Positions 9,307-19,118 of a stretch of DNA of 64,000 nucleotides are shown piece by piece. The stretch's first letter is position 1. Every line of letters starts with the position of its first letter. Location of the stretch: IMG/VR virus record IMGVR_UViG_2855946969_000005, positions 35,286 to 99,285 of that record; one strand, 5' to 3'. Position numbers and translations under genes: made by a program. The notes below the pieces were generated by a model. That model was not told where the DNA came from and ran no database searches. It saw only the letters and a program-made list of their open reading frames with translations. This DNA is from a virus (taxonomy: Duplodnaviria; Caudoviricetes).

Positions 9307-10074
9307 TCAGTCGGGGATCACCACCTCGGAGTAGCACCGACAGTTGGGCAGGCAGCCCGCGTGACCGGTGAGCTTGTCGAGGGTGGGCGGGCTGTCCCAG
9401 CGGACGAACTTGCCCTCCATCGTACGGTGAGAGGGCCGAACGTCGCCGTCGCCCGAGGTGCGCCAGATGTAGCCCTCCGAGCCGACGTGCTCGGCCCGCG
9501 CCTGCGTCAGCGCAGAGGCGGTGCGCGAGACCTCGGTGCGGGCGATCAGCGTCGCGCGTGCTTCGGTCACCTCGCCGGTGCGCAGGATCTCGGCGGCGAT
9601 CGCGTCGGCGCGCCGCCCCTGCACGATCCCCTCCTGCGTCAGGCGGTGAACCCGCTCGGCCGCCTCACGCGGAAGGGAGGTGATCAGCCCGACTTGGTCG
9701 GCGAGTTGTCGCCGCATCACTGCGCCCGTGGGCGCCGTGGTGATCTCCTTGTGAAGCGCGCGGCCCATCTCGGCCGAGACATGCCGCCACGCCTGCGCGT
9801 CGCGCTGGGCCACCTCGGCGACCATGCGGGCCCCAACGGACTGCGCCCAGGGCTCGATCGCGTTGGCGTATCGGCGCAGAGCCTCGCCGAGCAGCGGCAC
9901 GCGCTCAAGACCCGCAAGGTCGAAGCCGCGGACCAGCACGCCGATGTGACGGGCGAGCCCGCGCAACTGCCTGGCGTAGAGGTTCTCGGCCTTGCGCGCC
10001 CGGATGAACGCCGAGCGCGGAGAGGGCGGGGCGCGGTCGCCGACGCTAAGCCGCGAGCGACAGTGCTGGCACAT
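9307..10074 (-). CDS. Minor head / head morphogenesis protein (Mu gpF, SPP1 gp7-like)
   Basis: LIARTE...YIWRTSGDGDVRPSH...HAGCLPNCRC; start codon uncertain. Confidence 0.88.
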   Translation of the reverse strand: MCQHCRSRLSVGDRAPPSPRSAFIRARKAENLYARQLRGLARHIGVLVRGFDLAGLERVPLLGEALRRYANAIEPWAQSVGARMVAEVAQRDAQAWRHVSAEMGRALHKEITTAPTGAVMRRQLADQVGLITSLPREAAERVHRLTQEGIVQGRRADAIAAEILRTGEVTEARATLIARTEVSRTASALTQARAEHVGSEGYIWRTSGDGDVRPSHRTMEGKFVRWDSPPTLDKLTGHAGCLPNCRCYSEVVIPD

Positions 10075-11506
10075 CGGGCCTGCCCTCGGGGGTTGTGGGC
10101 CCATCCGCGGGGTCCGCGACCGGGTCGAGTTCGCTCGGCAGCGGGATCGTGTCGTCGGCGGCCTCGATGTCGGCGTCGGTGATGTTCGACCACACGCCGG
10201 TCACATCGCTGGACTGCCGCAGTTCCTTCAGGGCCGTGCGGTCGGAGACGACGCCGGCCTCCTTGGCGCCGAGCACGGTGTCGGTCACCGTCTTGGCAAC
10301 GTCCGCCTTCTCCTTGTCCGACATCTGCCACAGCGGCTCAAAGCTGAACTCAAAGCCCTCGGGGAGGGGGCGCCCCGTCTCGGAGCGTGCGAGCACGTCG
10401 AGGATACGCGCGAGCCCCGGCCGCAGGCGGCTCTCCTGCTGCGCATTGATCCCGTCGTAGTAGTTCCGGATGTCGCTCTCGCCGCTGGAGAACCCCGCGG
10501 GCGATTGCCCGAACAGGATCACGAGCGGGATGCCCGAGGCCATGGACAGTTGTTCGGCGAAGCGTGCCAGCACGTCGGGCAGGCCCGAGAACTGGTAGGT
10601 CAGCGCCTCGAACTTGTCCTTGGCATCAATGAGAGTGATGCCCTCGATCGACTGGAACCGCCGGATGGCCTCGACGCGCTTGGCGAGGACCTCCAGCGCC
10701 GGCCCGCCCATCCCGAGGATGTCAACGAGACCTTCGATCTGGAGGACGCGCAGGTGCGCGCGGTAGACAAGCTGCGCCGTGCCCTGCGTGGTGGAGTCGA
10801 AGGCCACCAGCCGGTCGTAGAGACGCTCGACCACCGAGGCCCCCCAGCCGTTCTCGGCCTGGGCCTGCCAGAAGGGGAGTTCGACGCCGTCGAAGCGGAT
10901 CACCCGGGAGTAGTGGACGTAGCGACCCGAGAGCGCGGGCGCGTTGGCGTTGGGGATGTAGTATTTCGGCTGCCCGAGATCGGGGCCGAGCTCCTGCACG
11001 GTCTCGGTGAGTGTCGGCTGCACCATCCACCGGTCGAGGACGAGGATGCCCTTGAACTGGCCGGGGCCCACGGTCTCAGGGCGTAGCGGTGTCGCCGGGT
11101 GCTGGCCGTCGATCAGGAGCACCCCGATCGCGCCGCCGTAGAGGCGCGACCACTTCAGCGTGCTCTCGATCGCTTTCCACACCCCGCGGCGCTGCAGGCC
11201 GGCCTTGATCGCCTCGCCGTCGTCGGGCGGCAGGGTCGAGCCGAGGTCGATGCCGGCGCGCACCATATCCTCGGCAGGCGTGTCAACGATCCGGCCGACG
11301 ATGGCCGATCCGCGATACATCCACTCGAGCTGCAGGCGGTTCCGGGTGACCGGGTTGAAGCCGTACTGCGAGGCTGAGGCGAGGTTGTCCGTCCCGATGC
11401 CGATCCGGGCCTCAAAGTTCTGGTAGCTGTCCAAGGTGCTGAGGCGGTCGGCGGTCGGCGCGGACCCGGCCGGCACGCGCAGGCGCGGCTTCTCGGAGGT
11501 GCTCAT
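10046..11506 (-). CDS. Portal protein (DUF1073 family)
   Basis: IVDTPAEDM.RAG, WSRLYGGA, VHYSRVIRFDG, IPLVILFGQSPAG, F.PLWQMSDKEKA. Confidence 0.9.
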   Translation of the reverse strand: MSTSEKPRLRVPAGSAPTADRLSTLDSYQNFEARIGIGTDNLASASQYGFNPVTRNRLQLEWMYRGSAIVGRIVDTPAEDMVRAGIDLGSTLPPDDGEAIKAGLQRRGVWKAIESTLKWSRLYGGAIGVLLIDGQHPATPLRPETVGPGQFKGILVLDRWMVQPTLTETVQELGPDLGQPKYYIPNANAPALSGRYVHYSRVIRFDGVELPFWQAQAENGWGASVVERLYDRLVAFDSTTQGTAQLVYRAHLRVLQIEGLVDILGMGGPALEVLAKRVEAIRRFQSIEGITLIDAKDKFEALTYQFSGLPDVLARFAEQLSMASGIPLVILFGQSPAGFSSGESDIRNYYDGINAQQESRLRPGLARILDVLARSETGRPLPEGFEFSFEPLWQMSDKEKADVAKTVTDTVLGAKEAGVVSDRTALKELRQSSDVTGVWSNITDADIEAADDTIPLPSELDPVADPADGPTTPEGRPDVPALSLAA

Positions 11507-13044
11507 CAGCCGAACGCTCTCATCATCTGCTCGGCAGCCGAGCCGGCCCCGCCCACCATCTCGTTGACTGCGTCCATGGTCGGATCAACTTGGTCGTCGT
11601 GCGCGCCGTTCGGGAAGGCGAGCATCTCGCCCCGCCAACCCGCGATCCAAGCCGTCTCGGGCCCCTCGGCGGGGATCCGGACGAGCCCGGCCGCGAAGGA
11701 CGGCAGCGCGTCGTTGGCGCGCATCACCTTGTCCTTCTCGCGCGGGATGCCGACCACCGGCACCACGACCTGAGCCATGGCAGGATCAACGGGCAGCCGC
11801 CCGAGTGACTGGATCAGGCCTGTGCCGGAGGATTTGTCCTCGATCTTCATGGCGCGTAGGGCGCCGAAGATGGTGTGATCCGCCGCGCGGTGTTTAGCCC
11901 AGAAGAGCCGGGCGGTCTTTTCCAGATCCGGCGCCTCAAAGCGCCCGCGGATCTGGTCCAGCAGGTATGCTTTGCCGTCCTTGCCCATGCCCCAGCACTG
12001 GAACACGGAGTAGTCGTTCCGCTCGGAGGTCTTCTGCGCCGTGTCGACGTAGATCACCCGGTAAGCGAGGGGCGGCAGCACGGTGTAGGGCGTGAGCCAC
12101 TCCGCCTTGAACAGGTTGCCGCCCGCGACGGTGGGCACCTGCCCATACTGGCCCGCGAAGACGTAGGGATTCGTCTTCAGGAGGACGATCTGCTCGCCGG
12201 TGTGCTTGGCCGCCCAGAGGGGGCCGTCCGGCAGACCATGCGGGATCGGGTCGCCGTGGGTGTACTCGGCCGGGTAGAGGGCCGCGTTGTCGATCTCGAC
12301 GGGCAGGAGCAAGTGGTGCCAGCGGCAGCCCGCGCCGCCCTTCAGGAGGAAGCCCGAGAAATCGTCCACATGCAGGCGCTGCATGATGACGATGACGGGC
12401 ACATCCTCGTGCGCGAGGCGGCTCTTGAAGGTCGAGTGCCAGCGGTTGTTGACCTTGGTCCGCTCGATCTCGCTCTCGGCATCGTCGGGTTTGACCGGGT
12501 CGTCGATGATGAGGGCGCCAGTGAAGCCCGGCTCCATACGGCCCGCGCGGAAGCCCGTGATCGGGCCCGCCGCGTGGGAGGCCTTCATCCCGCCGCCCTC
12601 GGTCGTGCGCCAGAGTTCCTTGGCGGCTACGTCGTCACGAATTTTGACCGGCCAGTGCTCTTGGTAGCCCTCCAGGGCCACGACGTCTCGCACCGAGTTC
12701 GAATTGAACAGGGCGAGCGGGCCGTTGAACGAGGCGTGGATGAAGCGTGCGCGAGGGTTCCAGGCCAGACCGCGGGCCACGAAGTGGACCACCGCCATCT
12801 CGGTCTTGGTGTAGCCCGGCGGGATGTTGATGATCAGGCGCGGGATCTCGCCCCGGATGACCCGGTCGAGGGTATCGGCGATCACGCGATGATGGGCGCC
12901 GACCAAGAACTCGGCCTGCTCTTTCTCGCGGAAGAACTTCGCGGTGAACCGAAGCTGGCTCTCCAGGCAGTCGACCCGGTCAAGCTCCTTCAGTGTCGCC
13001 CGCGGATCCGCCAGCCAGTTGCTCAAGCGCTGCTCGAAGCCCAT
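11506..13044 (-). CDS. terL: Terminase large subunit
   Basis: Walker A INIPPGYTKT, Walker B LIIDDP, IMQRLH, nuclease DTA and FPNGAHDDQVD. The true start may be slightly internal. Confidence 0.93.
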   Translation of the reverse strand: MGFEQRLSNWLADPRATLKELDRVDCLESQLRFTAKFFREKEQAEFLVGAHHRVIADTLDRVIRGEIPRLIINIPPGYTKTEMAVVHFVARGLAWNPRARFIHASFNGPLALFNSNSVRDVVALEGYQEHWPVKIRDDVAAKELWRTTEGGGMKASHAAGPITGFRAGRMEPGFTGALIIDDPVKPDDAESEIERTKVNNRWHSTFKSRLAHEDVPVIVIMQRLHVDDFSGFLLKGGAGCRWHHLLLPVEIDNAALYPAEYTHGDPIPHGLPDGPLWAAKHTGEQIVLLKTNPYVFAGQYGQVPTVAGGNLFKAEWLTPYTVLPPLAYRVIYVDTAQKTSERNDYSVFQCWGMGKDGKAYLLDQIRGRFEAPDLEKTARLFWAKHRAADHTIFGALRAMKIEDKSSGTGLIQSLGRLPVDPAMAQVVVPVVGIPREKDKVMRANDALPSFAAGLVRIPAEGPETAWIAGWRGEMLAFPNGAHDDQVDPTMDAVNEMVGGAGSAAEQMMRAFG

Positions 13045-13510
13045 CCCGGCCTGCCTGGTCCAGGCCCGAGAGGTCGGGCTTCACGACGGTCTCGGATTGG
13101 ATCGGGCCACCGCCAAGGCCGCCGATCTCCCGCTTGTTGGTGAAGGCGCCGCCCGACTCCTTGGCTGCCTGCTCCATGAGCGAGGCCACGAGGACGAGGT
13201 TGCCGGATTTCTCGGCCTTCTCGGCGAGGCGCTGCAGCGTGCGCAGACGAACCGCGCGGTGCGAGACGCCGATCCGGGCGGTGTCGGTGAGGAACTCGGT
13301 GCGGGTCGATTCGAAGATCGCCCGGTAGCCCTCGGAGAGGAACCGGCCGGCCCGCTTCGTCGGATCGTAGGCCTCGACCTGCTGAGGCGTGACGGCCAAG
13401 CCGTCGAACTCTTCCTTCACGGCACGCACGACGGCCGAGGGCGGATCGAAGCACGCAAGCTGCTGGACGATGAAGGTTTTCACCTCATCGGAGAGCGTGT
13501 TCTGGGCCAT
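12980..13510 (-). CDS. Terminase small subunit (DUF2280 family)
   Basis: VKTFIVQQLACFDPPS...YDPTK...EQAAKE.GGAFTN. Confidence 0.85.
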   Translation of the reverse strand: MAQNTLSDEVKTFIVQQLACFDPPSAVVRAVKEEFDGLAVTPQQVEAYDPTKRAGRFLSEGYRAIFESTRTEFLTDTARIGVSHRAVRLRTLQRLAEKAEKSGNLVLVASLMEQAAKESGGAFTNKREIGGLGGGPIQSETVVKPDLSGLDQAGRDGLRAALEQLAGGSAGDTEGA

Positions 13511-13535
13511 GGCTGTCTCAAGGGGCTATCAAGGA

Positions 13536-14177
13536 TCAGCCCACTCCTCTCCCGCACGTCCCGCAGGCGCCGGCGATGTCGGCCTCACAGATGATCGGTG
13601 TACGGCCAGCGGCAGCCACGAGGGCGGCGGTCTGACCGGCGGCGTTGCCCACCCCGTAGCGGGAGACGACGCCGACGAACTCCTCAACGTCATGGCCTCG
13701 TATGCCGAAGACGGGCCGGCCGGTCTGGGCGTTGAAGCGCGGCGCGCCCCAGCGGTCCCGCTTCTGGCCAGCGTGGTAGAGTTCGTGCTCGACCAGGGCG
13801 CAGAAGGCAGCGTCGGAACACTGGTCGGCGTAGGCAGCGTCGAAGGTGAGCAGGAAGTCGGGGATGGTGCCGAACCACCCGGTGATCTGCTGCTCCCATC
13901 GGGCCTTCGCCCAGCGGTTACCGATGAAGGTGGCCTCCTCGCAGAGGCCGACGACGGTGTTGCCCTTGCTCTCCATGGGCTCGGAGCACCAGAGCAGGCC
14001 GAGGGTCGCGTCACGCAGGTGCGCGTGATCCTCGTTCAGCAGTCGCGCGTCCTCCGCGATGAAGGTGGCGCGGGCCCAGGCCTCCAGATCGTGTGCGGGC
14101 TCCACCGTGCGGAAGGCGGTGGCGGCATCCTGCTCCATGAGGAGCGAGGCGGGCGGGCGCGGGCGGGCTAGTTCCAT
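13536..14177 (-). CDS. Putative phage metallopeptidase
   Basis: FCALVEHELYH (HExxH) and HDVEEF.GVV.RYG; typical position upstream of terS. Confidence 0.85.
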   Translation of the reverse strand: MELARPRPPASLLMEQDAATAFRTVEPAHDLEAWARATFIAEDARLLNEDHAHLRDATLGLLWCSEPMESKGNTVVGLCEEATFIGNRWAKARWEQQITGWFGTIPDFLLTFDAAYADQCSDAAFCALVEHELYHAGQKRDRWGAPRFNAQTGRPVFGIRGHDVEEFVGVVSRYGVGNAAGQTAALVAAAGRTPIICEADIAGACGTCGRGVG

Positions 14178-14239
14178 CGCCCCACCCTAGGGAGAAGACC
14201 ATCGCGGGCGGGAGAAGTCTTCTCCCCGCCTGTTGCATC

Positions 14240-14806
14240 ATGTGGAGAAGTCATGCGTTATGGACACGATCTGTTCCGCACCTGCAACACAGTGATGCGC
14301 CGATGCTCGACAGCAGCTCCAGCCGGTTCGACTTCTCCGAGCCGTACGCACCCACCTCGTCCGAGGACGAGACCCGCTCCGATTACTCGGCGGCGATCTC
14401 GCGCGCTGCGCCGGCTCTCCCCGCCTCGCTGGATCCAGAGGCGATCAGCGCGGCGCTGTCGGCAGCGTTCGCGGCAGGGGTGCGGGCAGCGGCCGAGCGG
14501 GCGGCCTCTCGTCAGAAGGTCCGGGGCGACCAGCCGAAGTACCAGATCATCGCCGACCTCCTGCAGCGTGAGCAGGGCTGCATGGCCTGGGAGATCCGGG
14601 AGGCGACGGGCTGGACGACGTTCTCGATCCCCCGCTGGGCGGAGGCCGCCGGTCTCGTGCTGCACAAGGTCCGGATCGCCGGGAACACCTTCCGGTTCTT
14701 CGGCATCCCACGGGAGATGGCCGAGACCATGGACTATGAGGTGATCGGGCCGCCGAAGGACATGCGGATCGTGTTCCGGCCGAAGGCGGTGCGGTTGCAG
14801 GCCTAG
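14240..14806 (+). CDS. Hypothetical protein with DUF3489-like winged helix
   Basis: KYQIIADLLQREQGC..WEIREATGW; opposite strand to its neighbours; start uncertain. Confidence 0.55.
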   Translation: MWRSHALWTRSVPHLQHSDAPMLDSSSSRFDFSEPYAPTSSEDETRSDYSAAISRAAPALPASLDPEAISAALSAAFAAGVRAAAERAASRQKVRGDQPKYQIIADLLQREQGCMAWEIREATGWTTFSIPRWAEAAGLVLHKVRIAGNTFRFFGIPREMAETMDYEVIGPPKDMRIVFRPKAVRLQA

Positions 14807-15558
14807 GCCGCGAGCGCCAGAAGAGGCTCGGGCTCGGCCTGGGCGAGACGCCGCGCCGCGATGGCGTGGTGCGCCGGCGCCTTCTCGATCAGGATCGAGC
14901 GGCGACCGAGGGCGCGGCAGGCAATACCGGTGGTGCCGGTCCCCGCGCAGGAATCCAAGACGAGATCGCCGGGGCGGGTATAGGTCGCCACGAGGTAGCG
15001 CATCAGCTCCTCGGGTTTTTGGCTGGATAGTAGCCGCCCTTCCGCGCCGCGCCGATCCGCCTTGATGGTGATCAGGTCGCGGGGATAGCGCAGGCCGTCC
15101 GAGCAGTCGGTCGTGGCGGGACGCTGGAACTTGTAGACGTTGCCGTCCGCCTTCGTCGCCTTCCGGTACGGCTCACCCTGAACCATCTGCGGGTTGTAGG
15201 TGTGCGGGCCCGGCGCGAAGACGAGGACGTCCTCCGTCACGCGCAGCGGCTGGCGCTTCGCGTTGAGGTGCCCCGACATCCGGTTCACCTTGTCCCAGGT
15301 CCAGCGGTAGCGGAACCAGTCGAGGTTCGAGACCGTGAGGAGGGCCGAGAACACGCCCGAGGCGGTGAGCACCACCACCCCGTTCGGCGCCAGCACGTGG
15401 CGGTAGGCCGCCCAGAGCGCGTCGAAGGGGATGATCTGGTCCCAGGCGCACCGCGTGGACCCGTAGGGCAGATCGGCGATGATCGCGTCGACCGAGCCGG
15501 CGGGCAGGGTCGGGATCACCGAGAGGCAGTCGCCCAGGATCAGGGTTGGGTCCGGCAT
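14803..15558 (-). CDS. DNA N6-adenine/N4-cytosine methyltransferase (beta class), orphan
   Basis: Start reassigned to MPDPTLILGDCL; catalytic DLPY, QKP, LVLDSCAGTGTT SAM motif. Confidence 0.9.
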   Translation of the reverse strand: MPDPTLILGDCLSVIPTLPAGSVDAIIADLPYGSTRCAWDQIIPFDALWAAYRHVLAPNGVVVLTASGVFSALLTVSNLDWFRYRWTWDKVNRMSGHLNAKRQPLRVTEDVLVFAPGPHTYNPQMVQGEPYRKATKADGNVYKFQRPATTDCSDGLRYPRDLITIKADRRGAEGRLLSSQKPEELMRYLVATYTRPGDLVLDSCAGTGTTGIACRALGRRSILIEKAPAHHAIAARRLAQAEPEPLLALAA

Positions 15559-15569
15559 GCGGGCTCGCG

Positions 15570-15647
15570 TCAGCGGCCCAGCGGCCGGTCGGTGTCGATG
15601 AGGACAGTCTGGCCGGTGATCGGGTTGAGGATGGCGATCTTCGCCAT
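15570..15647 (-). CDS. Small ORF MAKIAILNPITGQTVLIDTDRPLGR
   Basis: 25 aa; fills the gap in a tightly packed operon. Confidence 0.4.
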   Translation of the reverse strand: MAKIAILNPITGQTVLIDTDRPLGR

Positions 15648-15650
15648 GGC

Positions 15651-15896
15651 TCAACGCTTCCGGTAGCGGCCAGCAGCGTTGCGCGCTGGCGGCGCGTAGG
15701 CGCAGCCGGACGGCGGCAGTTCGCGGCACGGCATGACGAGCACCCAGATCAGTCCGGCGACGAGCCCGGCAGCGAGGACCGCGAAGAGGTCCGGGTGTGT
15801 GAGGAGCGCGTCGCGCGCCGCCTCGCGGAGGCCAGGGCCGATTGCGGCGCCCAAGCTGCCCGCAAGGGTCGCGGCGAGAACGGAACGGAGCATCAT
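15651..15896 (-). CDS. Small membrane protein
   Basis: Two hydrophobic stretches. Confidence 0.5.
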   Translation of the reverse strand: MMLRSVLAATLAGSLGAAIGPGLREAARDALLTHPDLFAVLAAGLVAGLIWVLVMPCRELPPSGCAYAPPARNAAGRYRKR

Positions 15897-16047
15897 GGCC
15901 TCTCGGGATCGGCGGCGGGCGCCGGCTCCTCCGGCCAGGGTGCGCGGTAGGGTTCAAGCCAGCCCGTCGACCAAGCGGCGATGCCGACGGCGTAGGACAG
16001 CCAGAGCTCCACCATGCGGTCGATGAGATCGGGGCGTGGGCCGAGCG

Positions 16048-16272
16048 TCACGCGTAGAGGTCCGAGGCATCGATCGGCGGCCCGGCGGCCTCAGCAGCGC
16101 GGGCCCGGATCGCCGGGTCGGCCTGCCAGCCGTTCGCCGCGGCGAGCTCCACGTAGTCCCGGCTCGAGACGTAGCCGGCATCGCAGAGCGCGCGCACGGT
16201 GGTCTGGTCGAGCGTGACGAGTACGACCGGAGCGGGCGCGCCGTAGCCGTCGAACGGGTCAGCGTGCCGCAT
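16048..16272 (-). CDS. Hypothetical protein
   Basis: MRHADPFDGYG...; overlaps the stop of the upstream gene. Confidence 0.45.
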   Translation of the reverse strand: MRHADPFDGYGAPAPVVLVTLDQTTVRALCDAGYVSSRDYVELAAANGWQADPAIRARAAEAAGPPIDASDLYA

Positions 16273-16486
16273 GGTCCTGTCCCTTCCGGCGTTCGCAGGC
16301 GATCTTGAGATACCGACCCTCGCCCGGATGGCCGAAGGTCTCGGCGGCGAGCGTCTGGCCGACATGGGCGCACTCGGCGACGGTCGCGACCGGCTGGGTC
16401 ATGACGTCGAGCGCATTGGTGCGGTCGCAGTCTGGGCCGGCGATGGACGCGGCGCAGACGAGGATGACGGCGAGGGCCTGGGACAT
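16259..16486 (-). CDS. Small cysteine-containing, probably secreted protein
   Basis: MSQALAVILVCAASIAGPDCD...EC...KIAC; four Cys. Confidence 0.6.
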   Translation of the reverse strand: MSQALAVILVCAASIAGPDCDRTNALDVMTQPVATVAECAHVGQTLAAETFGHPGEGRYLKIACERRKGQDHAAR

Positions 16487-16827
16487 CACGCGCTCCGGAG
16501 ACCGTAGACGGGGACGCAGCGCGCCCGCACCGTCCACGCGCCGGCCGGAAGGCCGATACGGGCGAGCATCGCGGGCTCGGCGAATTGCTGCATGGCCTCG
16601 GCCCGGGTCTGGCAGGCGTAGCGCTGCCCCCAGGTCCGGGGGGAGGGCGGGAGCGCGACACAGCCCGCGGGCCGGCAGGCCTCGGCGAGGATCTGGAAAC
16701 CGGTGACGACGCGGGCGTCCTGCGCGTGCCCGGCGCCGATGGCGGCCAGGAGCACGGCGGAGGCGACGGCGACGTAGAGCACGGCCACCCGCCAGCCGAG
16801 CGGGAAGCGGACGGCGGCGCGGTTCAT
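16486..16827 (-). CDS. Secreted cysteine-containing protein
   Basis: Signal peptide ending AGHA-Q; four Cys. Confidence 0.55.
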   Translation of the reverse strand: MNRAAVRFPLGWRVAVLYVAVASAVLLAAIGAGHAQDARVVTGFQILAEACRPAGCVALPPSPRTWGQRYACQTRAEAMQQFAEPAMLARIGLPAGAWTVRARCVPVYGLRSA

Positions 16828-16883
16828 GGTGGGGCTCGCGGATCAGGGATCCCCTCCCCCCTCAGCGGGGGAGGGTGGTCGGC

Positions 16884-17141
16884 TCACTCGGCCGCGTAGC
16901 GCAGCACCACCCGCTCGGCCGCGCCGACGCGGAAGGGCAGGTAGAACGAGGGCGGCTCGTAGCCGGTGAGGTGCGTACCGGGTGGCAGCGCGTAGACACC
17001 GGGCGGGATTTCGCCCTCGTCGTCCGTCACCACGGCGGTGAGACCGGCGGAGGCTCCGGGGCCGAACACGCCGCAGAGGTAGGCGATCAGGCAGGCGAGC
17101 CCGAGAACGGCGGCGACGCCGATGGCGATGGCGGCGTCCAT
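16884..17141 (-). CDS. Small membrane-anchored protein
   Basis: MDAAIAIGVAAVLGLACLIAYL N-terminal TM segment. Confidence 0.5.
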   Translation of the reverse strand: MDAAIAIGVAAVLGLACLIAYLCGVFGPGASAGLTAVVTDDEGEIPPGVYALPPGTHLTGYEPPSFYLPFRVGAAERVVLRYAAE

Positions 17142-17323
17142 CAGCGCCGTCCCGGCTTCACGCGCGGGGCGAAGCGGCCACCACGACCGCCCTGCACCCG
17201 CGTCTCGCCCGCCGCGTACCCGTCCGCGTAGGACTCCCGGCAGACTGTGTCGGCGAGCGGGACATGGGCCGTGAGGCCGCGTTCCTTGCGCCAGCGGCCA
17301 AGGGCGAACGAGGGACCGTGCAT
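17141..17323 (-). CDS. Hypothetical protein
   Basis: Coupled to the next gene; SYADGYAAG motif. Confidence 0.4.
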   Translation of the reverse strand: MHGPSFALGRWRKERGLTAHVPLADTVCRESYADGYAAGETRVQGGRGGRFAPRVKPGRR

Positions 17324-17457
17324 GGGGGATCAGACCGGATAGGAGCGGGCGGGCCGGCCGGGCTGAAGCACGGGCGGGGCGGGCAGAATCAGGGGCAGCG
17401 CCGGGCGCGCCGCGGCGAGCGCGACGGCGGCGGAGAGAGCGAGGGCGACGCGGAGCA

Positions 17458-17727
17458 TCAGGCTGCCATCCGGACCGCAGCGGGCGTGCCGCCCAGATCG
17501 TCGGTCGGCAGGCCATGGGGCGGTGCGACGCCGACGTCCCACTGGTCGTGCGGCAGGTGCTCGGCGGCGAAGGCGCAGGCCTTCTCGGGCGAGCCGAATT
17601 TCTCGGCCCGGGCGATGTCCTTCGTCCAGGTGAAGGGGCGCCAGCCCTTCGCGCGGGAGCCCTCGGCGTCAGGCCGCGCGAGGTAGCGCCGGAGCCGGCC
17701 GGACCCGAAGCAGACGACGTAGCGCAT
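17458..17727 (-). CDS. Hypothetical protein
   Basis: MRYVVCFGSGRLRRYL...; protein-like composition. Confidence 0.45.
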   Translation of the reverse strand: MRYVVCFGSGRLRRYLARPDAEGSRAKGWRPFTWTKDIARAEKFGSPEKACAFAAEHLPHDQWDVGVAPPHGLPTDDLGGTPAAVRMAA

Positions 17728-17904
17728 GGGTTCGGTGCTCTCGGAATCGATGGATCTGCGCGCGCTCGCGCCGCTCCTCCGCCTCGACCCACGCCAGGGC
17801 ATCACGCACCGGGGATCGAGAGGCGGCGAGACGAAGGTCGCCTTCCGAGAGCCGGAGGTCAGGCTCTCGGGCATCGGCGTCGGCGAGGACGCGGTCGGTG
17901 GAGG

Positions 17905-18564
17905 TCATGCCGTGAGCAGGCCCACGTCCCGGAGGAAGGCCGCCACGTCGAACAACTCGGGAGCGAGTTCCATGACGAAGGCGCGCTTCGTCGGGGCGTC
18001 CATGCCCAGCACGTCGCCGTAGCTGAAGCCGTAGGACATCAGGAACAGCGTGAGGCGAACCTCGGGCGGCGTCGGGCCCGCGGCGGGCGCACGGAGCGGT
18101 GCGGGCTCGGCCGGCGCTTGCCCCCAGGGGCTCGTGCGCGCGGCGGCCGCGTCCCGCTTCGGGCAGACGATGCCCTTGCACCACCCCGGTGCGTCGTACC
18201 CGCAGCGCCGGCAGGCGGTGCCCGCGGTCGGCTTCGGCTCGGGCGCCGGCTCGCGCCGCGGCACGCGCGGCTCGGCCATCGTGCCGAGGATCGACATGGA
18301 CGTCATGTTCCGCCGCTGCACCATGATCGGTTCGCGGAAGACCGGGATGTCGTCGGGCCGGCCGCGCATCAGCAGCGCCTCGTCCGCCTCGGTCGGCGCG
18401 ACCAGCACATGCGTGGAGGCCATCGCATCGACGCCGTGCATCGACGTGCGCAGGTCCCGCACGAGACAGGCATCCGCCTTGTCCATCACGAAGACGACCA
18501 CGCTGGTGCGCGGCAGGGACGCGACGAAGGCCGCCGTTTCGGCGACGCGATGCGGCTCAATCAT
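17905..18564 (-). CDS. Hypothetical protein with CxxC...C...C cluster
   Basis: CRRCGYDAPGWCKGIVCP. Confidence 0.45.
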   Translation of the reverse strand: MIEPHRVAETAAFVASLPRTSVVVFVMDKADACLVRDLRTSMHGVDAMASTHVLVAPTEADEALLMRGRPDDIPVFREPIMVQRRNMTSMSILGTMAEPRVPRREPAPEPKPTAGTACRRCGYDAPGWCKGIVCPKRDAAAARTSPWGQAPAEPAPLRAPAAGPTPPEVRLTLFLMSYGFSYGDVLGMDAPTKRAFVMELAPELFDVAAFLRDVGLLTA

Positions 18565-18695
18565 GTTGGAGGTCCGGTCAGGGTTAGGGCGAGCCGCACA
18601 GGCGGTCGCGGGCCGGGCGCGGGATGCGTCGGGCCGGGCGCGCGGCGGGAGCCGGCGCAGTCAGAGCTTCAGGGGATCACAGGATCCGGTGAGCT

Positions 18696-18832
18696 GTAGG
18701 GGTCGAAGGCGGGCCGGGCTCGACACCGGCTCAGAGTATTCGGCTTTACAGGTTCGCCATGTCTCTGCCGCCCACTGAGTAGGCCCTGCCTTGGCTGGCG
18801 CGTCCTTCCGCGCCGCCGCCTTCGACCGCTAC
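18696..18832 (-). ncRNA. tRNA-shaped structured RNA, copy B
   Basis: Perfect 12-bp terminal stem GGTCGAAGGCGG/CCGCCTTCGACC; D-like arm GCGCG-GAAGGA-CGCGC; T-like arm GCCGG-TGTCGAGC-CCGGC stacked on the 3' strand; about 67 nt replaces the anticodon/variable arms; no encoded CCA. Confidence 0.65.
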
Positions 18833-18835
18833 CGC

Positions 18836-19096
18836 CTATGCCGCGAGCGCGAGGCCGCGGAGTGGTTCGAACTCCATCACCGGGAGAACGATGGTGGCCA
18901 CCTCCCCGCGCGGCGGCGGGTTCTTCTGTATAGCGTCGAGCGCCGCCTTGATCGACGCGATCTCGCCGGGGCCCGTGCCGACTCTGTAGAGGGTCGGACC
19001 GGTCCAGACCTGAGGCCGGATCACCGGAAGCCCGACAGCCGCCGCGCCCGCGGTTGCGAACACGCTTCCGAGGAAGGATCGGCGGCTCAGGCGCAT
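18836..19096 (-). CDS. Small Tat-signal protein
   Basis: MRLSRRSFLGSVFATAGAAAVG twin-arginine motif; GGAG RBS. Confidence 0.6.
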   Translation of the reverse strand: MRLSRRSFLGSVFATAGAAAVGLPVIRPQVWTGPTLYRVGTGPGEIASIKAALDAIQKNPPPRGEVATIVLPVMEFEPLRGLALAA

Positions 19097-19118
19097 CGGG
19101 CTCGTCTCCACATGGCCA

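Noticed and set aside
10046-11506. Anti-CBASS Acb1 label sometimes attached to DUF1073 proteins
   Set aside because: Size and position between terL and the F protein indicate a portal; no separate 2H-phosphoesterase domain was seen.
2270-13143. Long plus-strand ORFs opposite the structural genes (for example 2270-3946, 7575-9371, 11875-13143)
   Set aside because: Antisense shadow ORFs caused by high-GC codon bias; the minus-strand genes carry the recognisable motifs.
18770-18784. UCA-centred hairpin (GCCT-ACTCAGT-GGGC on the minus strand) as a selenocysteine or opal-suppressor anticodon
   Set aside because: It lacks U33 and canonical spacing from the D-arm, and there is no CCA. Too weak to call a decoding tRNA.
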